Source of the DNA: a virus
Taxonomy: Duplodnaviria > Caudoviricetes
DNA: 64,000 bases
IMG/VR virus record: IMGVR_UViG_2866513116_000002
Coordinates: 1 to 64,000 of that record
Reading direction: 5' to 3' (one strand)
This document shows positions 45,125-56,017 of this stretch, in pieces. Position numbers and translations under genes: made by a program. Position 1 is the stretch's first letter, and every line of letters begins with the position of its first letter. The notes under the pieces were generated by a model that was given only the letters and a program-made list of their open reading frames with translations, did not search any database and had not been told where the DNA came from.

Positions 45125-45518
45125 CTTCGTCTGGACCTTCCCGGACGCCGAGGATCTGGTGTGTTCCTACCTGAATCCTCTGTGTCCCAACAATGTCCGT
45201 CCCGAGATGGACAACTCCGCAGGGCTCCCCTTCGTGCTGATCCGCTGCATCGCGGCCGGTAACGACGGGGTCACCGACTATGCCAGCGTGCAAGTCGATT
45301 TTTTCCACAACAACCGATCGAGTGCCAATGACCTTGCTCAGCAGGGACATTCACTCATGGTCGACATCAAGTCGGCACCCATATCGGTCAACGGGCAGCT
45401 CGTGTCCATCGACCGATTCCAGGTCATCCAGAGGCCCATCTGGATGCCCTACGACGACGAGAACCTCAAGCGGTTCGTCGGCCGCTACCAACTCGACACG
45501 CGCATCTGCGTGCTCTGA
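45117..45518 (+). CDS. Tail terminator
   Basis: PDAE.LV..YL, LPFV.I, VQVD.F; synteny. Confidence 0.75.
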   Translation: MANFVWTFPDAEDLVCSYLNPLCPNNVRPEMDNSAGLPFVLIRCIAAGNDGVTDYASVQVDFFHNNRSSANDLAQQGHSLMVDIKSAPISVNGQLVSIDRFQVIQRPIWMPYDDENLKRFVGRYQLDTRICVL

Positions 45519-45529
45519 AAGGAATCATC

Positions 45530-46495
45530 ATGACTGATGTGTTGTGGGCCGCTGGCAACACCACCAACTACAACCGCATCTTCAAGGCGCAGTTCGGATC
45601 TGTGTTCGCACGCGACTACGGCAACGCGTCCACCGCGCTGCTGCCGACGTTCACGCCGTTCACCTCCGACGGCCTCGCGATCGACTTCGCCCGACTGGCC
45701 ACCCTCGGGTTCATCAACCTGGGGTCGTGCTCGTCCAACGGCATCAAGTTCAACCCGAAGTTCACCACCTCCGAGGTCGATGTGTGGCAGACGCGCATGC
45801 CGGTCCGGTCGGACGTCGAGACCGACCAGGATTCGCTGACCGTCGAGTTCATGGAAGCCACCGCCGCGGTGGATGCCATCTACAACGACACCCCGCTGAC
45901 TGGTCGGCCGGCGGACGGCTCGATCGGCTACAACATCGTCAAGTCCGGTGTGACGCCGCTGTTCCCGCGCCAGATCATCGTGATCGGCGTCGACCAGCAG
46001 GCTGGAGTCGAGGAGTACTCGGCCGTCACCTACGCGATGGCGAAGCGAGACAAGGCCACCGGTCAGTCGTGGGATCCGAAGAACCCGGTGATGTCGGCCT
46101 ACGATCCGGTCTCCTACATCGACCCGTTCTCCGGCCTGGCTCGCATCTTCTCGCGTGGCGGTCCGGGCTGGGTCAACTCCGGCGGCACCACCGGCGCCGT
46201 GGGCACGCCGGTCGCCGCCGCGCAGTCGGGCGACAAGGCCACCCTGACGTTCACCCCGCCGCAGACCGGATCGGGCGCCTACACCTACACGGTGCAGGAG
46301 ACCACCGGTGGCAACACCACCGCGGTGTCGAGCGGCAACGTCACGGTCACCTCGAGCTCGAGCAACAGCGTGGTGCTCACCGTGTCGGGCCTGACCACCG
46401 GCTCGGCCTACACCTTCACCGTCACGGCCACCTCGACCACCAACGGGTCGGCCGCGACCTCGGCGCCGTCGAACAGCATCACCGCGACGAGCTGA
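45530..46495 (+). CDS. Major tail protein with C-terminal FN3/Ig-like domain
   Basis: Synteny; WQ..PVRSD; LTVSGLT.G..YTFTVTA. Confidence 0.85.
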   Translation: MTDVLWAAGNTTNYNRIFKAQFGSVFARDYGNASTALLPTFTPFTSDGLAIDFARLATLGFINLGSCSSNGIKFNPKFTTSEVDVWQTRMPVRSDVETDQDSLTVEFMEATAAVDAIYNDTPLTGRPADGSIGYNIVKSGVTPLFPRQIIVIGVDQQAGVEEYSAVTYAMAKRDKATGQSWDPKNPVMSAYDPVSYIDPFSGLARIFSRGGPGWVNSGGTTGAVGTPVAAAQSGDKATLTFTPPQTGSGAYTYTVQETTGGNTTAVSSGNVTVTSSSSNSVVLTVSGLTTGSAYTFTVTATSTTNGSAATSAPSNSITATS

Positions 46496-46606
46496 TCACA
46501 GACCGGGGCGGCGTGGGGTTTCTCATCGGTTACCCGCGCCGCCCCGGCCCTTCGGGGCCACCCACAACCGATGACCTACCAACCGATGATCTGAAAGGAA
46601 CAACCG

Positions 46607-47188
46607 ATGACACAGCCAGCACACGCGGCCCCGGAGATCGTCAACGCCGAGGTGGTGGAGGAAAAGTCGCCGATCCGGCTCAAGAGCCTTCCGACGCGGA
46701 TGACGCTCGAAGAGCTGCAGCTGCAGATCGCCGACAAGCTCGGCATCACCCCGTACGTCGACATCAATGTCGGCGGTCGCGACTACCGAGTCCACGGCAT
46801 GCAGGTCATGCCCGATGACGCCCTGGAGCGCATCAACGCCATGTGGCAGGACAAGGATCTCGACCCGTGGCCTGATGACACCCCGCCGCGCAAGGTGGCT
46901 GTCACCGACAAGGACGGGAAGATGACCGGCGAAGTCATCGAAGTCCCGCGTGCAGGTAGGCCCAACACCGAGAACCCCACGATCGACGGAAAGACCGCCC
47001 CGAACCCGTCGGCTCGACTCGCTCGCTCGATCTTCGGCGTGGAGAAGTACGAGCAGTTCAAGGCCGACGGCGGCGAGTCGTACATGGTCGCCTGGGTTTT
47101 CAACGAGCTCAACGACATCGCGAAGGCCAAGGAGGACGCCGAGAAGGGTGAGGCGGACCCAAAATCGCCCGCGCCCTCGGACTCCTGA
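46607..47188 (+). CDS. Tail assembly chaperone (G)
   Basis: Between major tail and tape measure; slippery site near the 3' end. Confidence 0.85.
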   Translation: MTQPAHAAPEIVNAEVVEEKSPIRLKSLPTRMTLEELQLQIADKLGITPYVDINVGGRDYRVHGMQVMPDDALERINAMWQDKDLDPWPDDTPPRKVAVTDKDGKMTGEVIEVPRAGRPNTENPTIDGKTAPNPSARLARSIFGVEKYEQFKADGGESYMVAWVFNELNDIAKAKEDAEKGEADPKSPAPSDS

Positions 47189-47568
47189 GGCAGTTTCCCA
47201 ACGAGATTGAAGCCGACCTCCTGTTCCGGACCCCGTACACCATCGAGGACTGGTACAGGGGTCGGCTCTCATCGAGGGAACTCGTGGTGATCGTCACCCA
47301 CCTCCCCGATGATTCCGCCACCAAGACGGCCATGCGCGAAGGCGATTGGTCTGAGGCCGAATACATGTCGGCCTTCACCGTGAACCAGCTGCTTCTCGTT
47401 CGCGCCGATCTTCGAGGCATGTTCGGCGGCCAGCAGTGGTCCCCGCCGCTCGTGAAGTCCCCGCAGCAACGGATCGCCGACGAGGCAAACCGCCAACAGG
47501 CGTCCTCGTGGAATGCCCACGTCACGGCTCAGATGCGTAACGCCCAACTCGCTCTCGAAGGGAGGTGA
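47158..47568 (+). CDS. Tail assembly chaperone GT, -1 frameshifted part
   Basis: C CCA AAA at 47158-47164; the -1 frame is open: KIARALGLLRQFPNEIEADL..LSSREL..LPDDSA to 47568. Confidence 0.85.
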   Translation, partial: PKIARALGLLRQFPNEIEADLLFRTPYTIEDWYRGRLSSRELVVIVTHLPDDSATKTAMREGDWSEAEYMSAFTVNQLLLVRADLRGMFGGQQWSPPLVKSPQQRIADEANRQQASSWNAHVTAQMRNAQLALEGR

Positions 47569-47571
47569 TCA

Positions 47572-50500
47572 GTGGCTCTCGATTCGATCTTCGTCGACGT
47601 CCTACCCCGGTGGGATATGGCCGGCGTGCAGGCGTCCATGGATGCGATGAAGGCGCGCTACGAGAAGTTTGGCCAGACTCTCTCGGATGCCATGGGGATG
47701 AAGGGGTCTCCCGCCGCCGCCCGTGCGGCTGAGCAGCAGGCCAGGCAGGTCGCCGCCGCACAGAAGGTCGTTGCCGACGCCATGACGAGCCAGTCCCGGC
47801 AGTCGCAACTGGCTGAGGATGCGATCTCAAAGCAACAGATCGCGCAGGCGCGTCTCAACGAGGTGCTGGCCAAGTATGGCGACACGTCGAGTAAGGCGAT
47901 GGCCGCCCAGCTCAAGCTCACTCAGGCGACGCGGGACGCCTCGGCGCAGACTGAACTCGCCACGAAGGCAACCACCGATTACGAAGCGGCGCAGGCGAGG
48001 CTCGCGAGAACCACCGAGGAGTCGGCCGCCGCCACCGACACTCACGCAGCGCGGATGACGGCGCTCAACGGCACGCTGAAGACCGTCGCAACCGTCGGCA
48101 TGGTCGGCGTGGTAGCTGCGCTCGCAGATGGCACCAAGCAGGCGGCCGAGTTCAATCGCACCACCGAATTGCTCGTCACCGGTGGAGGTTTGGATCCGAA
48201 GAACCTTGAAACAGTTCGGCAGGGCATCCTCGGCATGGCTGGTGACGTCGGCTACACCTCGGATCAACTTGCGACTGGCATGCGCAAGATCACGCAGGCG
48301 ACCGCGTCGATGGGGCCGGCATTCTCCGCGCCTCAGGCGCAACTCTCTGCCCTGAAGGCGGCAGCGCAGGGTGCGTCCAACGAGAACGCCGATCTGTCCG
48401 AGGTCACCGATGCGCTGACCACGACGATGATCAACTTCAACGAGCCGATGTCGAAGTCGTCGACGATCATGTCGCAGATGGTCACCGCGGTGTCCAACGG
48501 CAAGACGACCTTCGATGAGTTCTCTCGGTCGCTAGGAACCGTGGAAGGCGTTGCAGGGCAATATCATATCTCGCAGACCGAGCTGTGGGCCGACATGGAC
48601 GAGTTCACCAAGCATGGCATCTCGGCAGAGCAGGCCGCGCAGGACCTCCAGCACGCGATCCAGGTTCTCGGGCGTCCAGTCTCCGGCGGTCAGGCCACTG
48701 CTCTGGGCATGCTCGGGCTGCAGGCCGACTCGCTGCAGAAGTCTTTGGGCACCAACGGACTCGCCGGCACCCTCGACATGGTCATGCAGAAGGTTGCTGC
48801 CATGCCACAGCTTCCCGGCGGCCAAGTGCTCATGTCGACGTACAACACCTCGAAGGTGGACGCTCAACGTGCCCAAACGATGTACTCCGGGCTCAGCTCT
48901 GCCGATCAGCAGCAAGCCGACGCGCTCCAGGCCGATCTCGCGTCAGGCAAGAAGGCGTCCGCATTCGGCAAGGACAAGCAACTGCAGCAGTGGTTTTCGT
49001 CCTACCAGAAGTCTCAGGGATTCTCTGATCTGATCAACAAGACGGGGACGAACGACACGTCGGCCGCAGGCCTGGTAAAGCAGGCCGTGGGCGACTCTCC
49101 GACACTCCAGACGGCCCTCATGCTCGGCGGCACGAACTACGAAGACGTCCGTTCCATCCAGGGGCGCATCGCGGGAGCTCGACCTGATGCGAACGGCGAC
49201 GTCAAGGACACCGCCCAAATGCACGCCACCACCTCGCAAGAGGTGAAGGACATCAAGTCGGGCATCAACTCGAGCCTAATCTCGGTCGGCGAGACGACTC
49301 AGGGACCGCTCAACTCGTTCCTCGGTGCCCTCAAAGACGCGACGTCGTGGCTGTCGAAGCACTCCACGGTCCTGCAGTCGACGATCCTCTCCCTCGGCGC
49401 TCTCGGGGTGGCGGCAGCTGGCGTCAAGGGCCTGAACATGGCCGGGAATCTCTTCGGCGCCGACCATCTCGGCGGCTCGATGGTGAAGGGTGCGGCGCGC
49501 GGCATCGGCAGAGGAGTCTCGGCAGCAGGACGCGGCGTAGCTGGGGCCGCGCGCACTGTCGCGAACGTCCCGGGCGCTGTGGGGGACTACTGGAACTGGA
49601 CCGGGAAGGCGAAGGCCGGTCAGGCCCTCGACACGGTGAAGGGGAAGGCTCGGGCCGGCCTGGACGCGGCGAAGTCTGGCGGCTCCAAGGTGCTGGAGGG
49701 TGCGAAGTCCGCCGGGTCGAAGACGCTCGACGTTGCGTCGGATCTCGGCACCGCCAGCGTGTCCGGGGCGAAGAAGGCGGGTACCGCGGTCGCCGAGCTT
49801 GGCGGCAAGGCGAAAACTGCGGTCACCGACCTCGGGAAGCTCGCCGGTAGCAACATCGCGAGCGGGTTCGAGAAGCTCGCCGGCGGCGCGTCCAAGGCCG
49901 CAAAGGGCGTCAAAGACCTCGAGGTCGGATCGAAACTGGCTTCGGCCGCAACGAAGGTGTGGTCTGGCATCCAGGCGGCCTTCAATATCATCATGGACGC
50001 CAACCCGCTGGCGCTCATCGTGATTGCAATCGCCGCCCTCGTCGCCGGAGTGGTGCTGGCCTACAAGCACTCTCAGACCTTCCGGGACATCGTCAAGGAT
50101 GTTTGGAACTGGGTGAAGAAGGCGGCCGACGCGATCGGTAACGCCCTCACCAAGGCGTTCCGCGATGTCGTGGGATGGATCGAGAAGGCCTGGAACTTCG
50201 TCAAGAAGTGGCACGACGTGCTGCTCATCGCTCTCGGACCGATCGGTCTGGTGATCGTCGGGATCGAGCAGATGGTGAAGCACTGGCACGACATCACCGA
50301 TGCCCTGTCGGATGGGTGGAAGGTCATCTCGCAGGTCTTCTCCGATATGGAGTCGGGGATCCGGGACGGCATCGGCAAGGCGTGGAACTGGCTCTATGAC
50401 GACGTGATCAAGCCGGTCGGCGACAAGATCGGGCAGGTCTGGACCGATATGCAGACCGGCGTGAAGGTCATGGTTGAGGCCTTCAAGCTGGAGTGGAACA

Positions 50501-53343
50501 AGATCATTTCGATCGTCGCCACGCCGGTGAATTTCATTGTGAACACGGCATATAACGACGCGCTGGCTCCTCTGTGGAATGACATTGCTGGCGCGTTCGG
50601 TGCCCCGAAGCTGGATAAGATCAATTTCAGCCTTCAGTCGGCCGCAGGGTTCGCGGGCGGCGGTGTCCTGTCTCCGGGTCAGGGAATCCTGGTCCCCGAA
50701 GCCGCACGCGCCTTCGGCATCCGCTCTCCGTGGCCCGGTTACGAGCCTGGTATCGACTCGGTTCCCGTGCCGATCCGTGGTGGTGGCATGGCGGTCGTGT
50801 CGAAGGGTGAGGCACCGGTCGATCCGGCGCAGTTCGGCGGCGTCGGAAACCTGCTGGCGATCAATCACCTGTTCTCCGGCGGTCGGAAGAATGCCAACGG
50901 CATCCCTCCGAACCACTTCGCTCCGGGGGGCGTCCTCAGCTCCATCGGACACGCGCTATCGAGCGTCGGCAGCGGTGCCGTGAACCTCGGCAAGAGGGCC
51001 ATCCACGCGACGGTCGACACCGCGGAGTTCCTGGCGAAAGTCGTCACCAATCCGATCGGCGTGATCAAGGACTATCTCAAGAGTGCCCTTGTGCCCGTGC
51101 AGGGGTCGGGATTGTCCTCGTTCGGGTCCCTCGTCGCGAAGGTGCCCGGTAAGGCTGTCGACGACATCGCGAATTGGGTTGCCGGGTGGGTGAATCGCAA
51201 CCCCGATGCCGGTGCTGCGGCGGCTCTTCCTGCGTCCATCGCCAACAATCAGCAGATAAGAGCGTGGATCTCTCAAGCTGAGCAGTTGACCGGTGTGGAT
51301 TCATCGTGGACACCCGACATCCTTCGGATCATCGCCCGTGAATCTGGCGGTAACACGCACGCCATCAACCTCACTGACTCGAACGCAAAGGCCGGAGACC
51401 CTTCTCGCGGTTTGATGCAGACAATTGGGTCCACTTTCCGGGCATACCACCAGCCGGGTACCTCCACGGACATCTACGACCCGGTGGCGAACATTGCGGC
51501 GGCGATCAACTACATCAAGGGCCGTTACGGCGGCAACCACGCCGAGGCGGCGGACGGCCACAACTATGCCGGCGGCGGGGTCGTCGATCCGATGCAGGAA
51601 ATTCAGTCGCACGTCGGAACCCCTTACGGGATGGGTGGATTCAGCGCGAGTTCGCTGGACTGCACAGGCGCGACGAGCATGATCGTCAACGACTACCTCG
51701 GTGCGCCGGAGTTCGGCTCCCGCATGTCCACACCTTCCGAAGGTCAGTGGCTCTCCGCACGCGGCGCCCTTCCCGGCCGGGGCGGTGCCGACGATCTCAC
51801 CGTCCTGTGGTGGGACGGCGGTACCGGCGGATTCAACAACGGGCACTCCGAGGTCGTCCTCCCCGGCGGGCAGGTCGCTGAGGCGGGCGGTACCGAGCAG
51901 AACTTCCACATCGGCACTGGCACATCGCCCAACGACCCGCAGTGGACGAACGCAATGCACTTCCCCGCGTCGATGCTGCGTGGTGCGAAGAGTCAGCAGG
52001 ACCCGAACACGCCGATGGGCATCGGGACGACTGGCGCCGGAGGTACGTCGGGGGGCACCTCGGGAGGTAGTTCTGGCGGCTCGTCGGGCGGCTCGTCGGG
52101 TGGATCATCCAACGACTTCGGCCAGACGCAGGGCGGTTTCGGCGCGCTCACCGACATGACCGATCCGTCGAACTGGACCGTCCACGGCCTCGGATCGTTC
52201 CTCGGCTCGACGATGATGAACTGGGCCCTGGGCAATCCGGTCGGCAAGGGCCTGCTCGCTGCTCAGCAGCAGGCACAGCAGCAGAACGCCACCTCTGCGA
52301 CCACTGCGGCGACCGACTCCACCACGTCGTCTGCGGCGGCGACCACCGCGGCGACGACGGCCGCCACCGCGGGAGTGGATGCCACCGCCAAGGCCACCGA
52401 GCGACTGTCGAAGGCGCAGAAGACCTACAACGACGACGTCGCGAAGTACGGGAAGAACTCGACTCAGGCGCAGACCGCGCAACTTGCGGTCACCAGCGCG
52501 CAGGAGGCGATCACCAACCATGCGGCGACGTCGGCGCAAGCGGCGACCGCTGCACAGCAGTCCTACGACAACCAGGTCAAGCGTGTCGCGATCGACCAGC
52601 AGAAGCTCAACGAGGCGATCTCGAAGTACGGTCAGAACTCGAAGCAGGCCATCTCGGCGGCGAACACCCTGCGCAACGCTCAGGCCACCGAGGCGAAGGA
52701 CAAGGCTCGGCTCGCACAGAAGCAGTCGGCCGCAGCAGCTACCGGACCCATGACGCCCACAGCCCCCACCGGGGCTACCCCGAGTGCGTCCGGCGACTCG
52801 TCGGCAAACTCGGACACCACCAACACCGCGGGCAGTGACTCGACAACTCCGGACTACTCGGCGTCGTCGGACACCTCCGGTGCTGCCAACTACCAGTCCA
52901 GCGGCCTCGGTGTCGGCGGCGGGTTGGCCGGCGCCGCGATGGGCGCGGTCACCTCGGCCGCCGGTGCAGCGGGCGGACCTGCCGGTGCTCTCGCGGGCCT
53001 GGTGGGGGCGAATGCCGCCACCACGATCACCAACGGAGCGATCCAGTACGCCGGCAACATCGGCGGCGACCTCGCCGACGGTCTGCTCGAGACGTTCGGA
53101 CTCACCGACCCCACGGACACGTGGCCCGGGAAGATCGCCACCGCTCTGGGGCAGGCGCACTTCGCCACGGCGAACACCGCCGGTCAAGCAGCATCTCCCG
53201 CGGTGTCGAAGCGTTCCACCGATTCTCGCGGAGGGGTGAGCGTCAACATTGGTGAGCAGCACGTCCACGGCGGTTCGGGCGACAAGGTCGCCAACGACAT
53301 CTACCGCAAGATCAACTCCAAGGTCGGGAGTGGTACGCGATGA
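47572..53343 (+). CDS. Tape measure protein with lytic transglycosylase and peptidase-like domains
   Basis: 1923 aa, Ala-rich, W-periodic repeats, ANPLAL; RESGGN..SRGLMQ (SLT); PY..GG..DC.G..GH. Confidence 0.95.
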   Translation: MALDSIFVDVLPRWDMAGVQASMDAMKARYEKFGQTLSDAMGMKGSPAAARAAEQQARQVAAAQKVVADAMTSQSRQSQLAEDAISKQQIAQARLNEVLAKYGDTSSKAMAAQLKLTQATRDASAQTELATKATTDYEAAQARLARTTEESAAATDTHAARMTALNGTLKTVATVGMVGVVAALADGTKQAAEFNRTTELLVTGGGLDPKNLETVRQGILGMAGDVGYTSDQLATGMRKITQATASMGPAFSAPQAQLSALKAAAQGASNENADLSEVTDALTTTMINFNEPMSKSSTIMSQMVTAVSNGKTTFDEFSRSLGTVEGVAGQYHISQTELWADMDEFTKHGISAEQAAQDLQHAIQVLGRPVSGGQATALGMLGLQADSLQKSLGTNGLAGTLDMVMQKVAAMPQLPGGQVLMSTYNTSKVDAQRAQTMYSGLSSADQQQADALQADLASGKKASAFGKDKQLQQWFSSYQKSQGFSDLINKTGTNDTSAAGLVKQAVGDSPTLQTALMLGGTNYEDVRSIQGRIAGARPDANGDVKDTAQMHATTSQEVKDIKSGINSSLISVGETTQGPLNSFLGALKDATSWLSKHSTVLQSTILSLGALGVAAAGVKGLNMAGNLFGADHLGGSMVKGAARGIGRGVSAAGRGVAGAARTVANVPGAVGDYWNWTGKAKAGQALDTVKGKARAGLDAAKSGGSKVLEGAKSAGSKTLDVASDLGTASVSGAKKAGTAVAELGGKAKTAVTDLGKLAGSNIASGFEKLAGGASKAAKGVKDLEVGSKLASAATKVWSGIQAAFNIIMDANPLALIVIAIAALVAGVVLAYKHSQTFRDIVKDVWNWVKKAADAIGNALTKAFRDVVGWIEKAWNFVKKWHDVLLIALGPIGLVIVGIEQMVKHWHDITDALSDGWKVISQVFSDMESGIRDGIGKAWNWLYDDVIKPVGDKIGQVWTDMQTGVKVMVEAFKLEWNKIISIVATPVNFIVNTAYNDALAPLWNDIAGAFGAPKLDKINFSLQSAAGFAGGGVLSPGQGILVPEAARAFGIRSPWPGYEPGIDSVPVPIRGGGMAVVSKGEAPVDPAQFGGVGNLLAINHLFSGGRKNANGIPPNHFAPGGVLSSIGHALSSVGSGAVNLGKRAIHATVDTAEFLAKVVTNPIGVIKDYLKSALVPVQGSGLSSFGSLVAKVPGKAVDDIANWVAGWVNRNPDAGAAAALPASIANNQQIRAWISQAEQLTGVDSSWTPDILRIIARESGGNTHAINLTDSNAKAGDPSRGLMQTIGSTFRAYHQPGTSTDIYDPVANIAAAINYIKGRYGGNHAEAADGHNYAGGGVVDPMQEIQSHVGTPYGMGGFSASSLDCTGATSMIVNDYLGAPEFGSRMSTPSEGQWLSARGALPGRGGADDLTVLWWDGGTGGFNNGHSEVVLPGGQVAEAGGTEQNFHIGTGTSPNDPQWTNAMHFPASMLRGAKSQQDPNTPMGIGTTGAGGTSGGTSGGSSGGSSGGSSGGSSNDFGQTQGGFGALTDMTDPSNWTVHGLGSFLGSTMMNWALGNPVGKGLLAAQQQAQQQNATSATTAATDSTTSSAAATTAATTAATAGVDATAKATERLSKAQKTYNDDVAKYGKNSTQAQTAQLAVTSAQEAITNHAATSAQAATAAQQSYDNQVKRVAIDQQKLNEAISKYGQNSKQAISAANTLRNAQATEAKDKARLAQKQSAAAATGPMTPTAPTGATPSASGDSSANSDTTNTAGSDSTTPDYSASSDTSGAANYQSSGLGVGGGLAGAAMGAVTSAAGAAGGPAGALAGLVGANAATTITNGAIQYAGNIGGDLADGLLETFGLTDPTDTWPGKIATALGQAHFATANTAGQAASPAVSKRSTDSRGGVSVNIGEQHVHGGSGDKVANDIYRKINSKVGSGTR

Positions 53344-54344
53344 TCCCTCAGCTCACGCAATTCGGGATCAACTCTCTCCTTAGTGGTGCTGATCCGATCA
53401 TCACATGGATCGACCGCAACGGTGACATCTGGCCGCTCTCTGGCGGATTGGCGCCGATCCCTCCGCTGGAGGGCGTCAACATGTCCTCCATCGAGGGGTT
53501 GATGGCGTCAATCAAGATGCTGACCCAGCAGGGGGCACTGCAGGACGGTGACACGTGGATGGGTGCGGTCTACGACCCTGCCGAGATCACCGTCGATCTG
53601 GAGGTGTTCGCGAACTCGCCGTCGTCGTACCGAGACATCACCCGGCGTCTCATCTCCGGTCTGGATCCGAAGTATCCGGGGAAGCTCAACTGGTTCAGCC
53701 CGGAGATGGGGGACTGGTGGCTGCCCGCGCGATTGGGGAAGCAGATCGACGCCACGTGGAAGACATCGCCTGCGCTGGTGGGGCATTCGACCATGGCGGT
53801 GCCGCTACACATCGACCAGGCGTTCTTCCAGTCCTACGACTCAGTATCGGCTCCTGTGGGCCAGTCGGGCGGTTTCTCCTGCATGACCAACCTCGGTGAT
53901 CAGGACGAGTGGGCGCGGTATCTGGTCTACGGTCCGGGAACTGTCACCTTCCACGATCCGGGCGGTGAGGTGACGTTTGGGCCGATCGAGTCCGGACAGA
54001 TCGTGCTGGTCACGACGAAGCCCGGTGTCCGCGGGGTGCTGGACCTGACACCGAATCGGCCGACCACTGCGCAGATGTCGCATTGGCAAACCTGGCTGGA
54101 GAACATCATCGACCTGGCCACCAACAACAACGTGCCGCCGCTGTTGCAGACATTCGAGTCTTGGTTCGGAATCGTCCCGCCGCAGGGGAACTTGTATTCG
54201 CTTCTCAACGGTCGCTTTTCGACACCGGTGCCTGCTACCCCTACCAAGCCCACGACCTGGTCGATGCCGATCTCTGTCACCGGCGGCACTGCGCACACTC
54301 AGGTGATCGGTGCGCTCACCCCACACCGGAAGTGGCCTGAGTAG
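53340..54344 (+). CDS. Distal tail (minor tail) protein
   Basis: Directly after TMP; N.GD..W..GPG. Confidence 0.8.
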   Translation: MIPQLTQFGINSLLSGADPIITWIDRNGDIWPLSGGLAPIPPLEGVNMSSIEGLMASIKMLTQQGALQDGDTWMGAVYDPAEITVDLEVFANSPSSYRDITRRLISGLDPKYPGKLNWFSPEMGDWWLPARLGKQIDATWKTSPALVGHSTMAVPLHIDQAFFQSYDSVSAPVGQSGGFSCMTNLGDQDEWARYLVYGPGTVTFHDPGGEVTFGPIESGQIVLVTTKPGVRGVLDLTPNRPTTAQMSHWQTWLENIIDLATNNNVPPLLQTFESWFGIVPPQGNLYSLLNGRFSTPVPATPTKPTTWSMPISVTGGTAHTQVIGALTPHRKWPE

Positions 54345-54346
54345 CG

Positions 54347-56008
54347 GTGTACGCCGTCAAACCGGACCCGACACAGCTCACCGCAGCTCTGTACGGGCGG
54401 CCCGATGCTGCCATGAATGCGGCCCAGCAGGTGTGGGACACATCGCCTTTGACCAATCCCGGCCAGGGTCAGGTCCTCGTCCAGATGCTCACCAATATGT
54501 ACGAGTACGCCGGGGAGGCGTCGGACTACATTTCCACCACAGCCACGTGGGTGGTCAACGACGTCGACACCGCCACGGTCACCCTGAAGGGGTCAGATCC
54601 GTTGGGGCCGTTCGCGTACAACTGCGACAAGACCGTGGTCCCGATCTTCATCACCTCAGGGTCGATGCGGTTCACCGGGCAGGTCGACACCTGCTCCCCG
54701 GACTTCTCCGAGGGTGAACTGAAGTGGACGATCCAGGTCAAGGGCGACTGGGACTGGTACAACCGAATCCTGGTGTGGCCCAACTTCGCCGCCCCGATCT
54801 GGCTGCAGGAGCCCAAGGAAGCCATCTACATCGGGCCCGCGATCTCATGCCTGAAAGCCATGGTCGGGGAACAGTGCATCCGCCTGCAAACCGGTCTGTG
54901 GGAGATGGCCAACAACATCACCGATCCCGCCGCATGGTTCGGGTCGATGCTGGAGAAAGAAGGACTTCTCACCCCATGCGCGGTGGTGCCCACCGACCCG
55001 CTGTTCGACACGTCGAAGTGGGTGGCGTTCTCGGCCAAGATGGACACGGCTGCCACGTTGATCCAGCAGGTGTGCAAGGACAATGGGCTCGTCTCCACGG
55101 CGGATGTGTGGATGCCGGGAGATGCACAGCCCACCGACTGGTTCACCCTCACTCAGCCGACTGTGGTGTTCGACGTGAAGGACCGTTCGGGCATCACCGG
55201 ACCGACGGGCACGATGGTCGACGGCCTCGTCGAGGATGCCGTGGACCTCGAGCACTCGATGCTCGGCGACATCCTTACCCCGTTCCTCAACGCCGAAGGC
55301 GAATATGCGCCGGAGGGGGTGAACATCGCTCCCGCTTTGGGCGTGAACTTCGTCAAGCCGTGGGTGTTCTTCGACTGCGACAACCCACTTCGCAGCGGTG
55401 TCAAGGAGTTCCACGCTCCCGCTCATGCCCCGCTGGCATGGCAGATCGTCGGCGGCGGGAAGTCACCCGACTGGGTCAACAACATCATCAACGCCACCGT
55501 CGAGTTCCTGCTCGGATCGGCGCTGACGGTCGTGGGTCTTGAGGGAATCCCCAACACCCTGCTCGACGGGGTGCTCGACGACGTGCTTTTGGCGTATCAG
55601 CTCATCGAGAACGAGCAGCGCCGGTCAGAGATGGGGCCGTACGGCAAGCCGGAGTACTTCTGCTCCACGGGATCGACCGCCTACACCCTCAACGAGGAGT
55701 TCGCCCTCGAAGGAGCGATGTGGGAGACGCGCGGCTACAAGAGCGCAGAACTCATCTTCGACAACGGATTTCCATACGTCCTCGGCGTCGATCTGTTCCT
55801 CGGTGCGCTGGCCACGTGGAAGTTCATGAACGCGCTCTACACCGACTACGTCATGCAGATCACCCTCACCGACGACCGGGACAACCGGGTGCAGGTGACG
55901 GCGCAGATCGGTGACAACTCTTCCCGCCAGGACCCCGCCGAGATCATGCAGCGCAAGTTGGCCGGTCTGCAGACCGATCTCCAGATCGCGATGCTCTCGC
56001 AGAATTAG
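54347..56008 (+). CDS. Minor tail protein (Gp37-like hub)
   Basis: Synteny; WPN..PI..Q.P, GGKSP.WVN, G.D..LG. Confidence 0.85.
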   Translation: MYAVKPDPTQLTAALYGRPDAAMNAAQQVWDTSPLTNPGQGQVLVQMLTNMYEYAGEASDYISTTATWVVNDVDTATVTLKGSDPLGPFAYNCDKTVVPIFITSGSMRFTGQVDTCSPDFSEGELKWTIQVKGDWDWYNRILVWPNFAAPIWLQEPKEAIYIGPAISCLKAMVGEQCIRLQTGLWEMANNITDPAAWFGSMLEKEGLLTPCAVVPTDPLFDTSKWVAFSAKMDTAATLIQQVCKDNGLVSTADVWMPGDAQPTDWFTLTQPTVVFDVKDRSGITGPTGTMVDGLVEDAVDLEHSMLGDILTPFLNAEGEYAPEGVNIAPALGVNFVKPWVFFDCDNPLRSGVKEFHAPAHAPLAWQIVGGGKSPDWVNNIINATVEFLLGSALTVVGLEGIPNTLLDGVLDDVLLAYQLIENEQRRSEMGPYGKPEYFCSTGSTAYTLNEEFALEGAMWETRGYKSAELIFDNGFPYVLGVDLFLGALATWKFMNALYTDYVMQITLTDDRDNRVQVTAQIGDNSSRQDPAEIMQRKLAGLQTDLQIAMLSQN

Positions 56009-56017
56009 GAGACTTCC

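Noticed and set aside
52036-52110. GGTS/GGSS repeat in the tape measure gene as a separate element
   Set aside because: Ordinary low-complexity linker within the CDS
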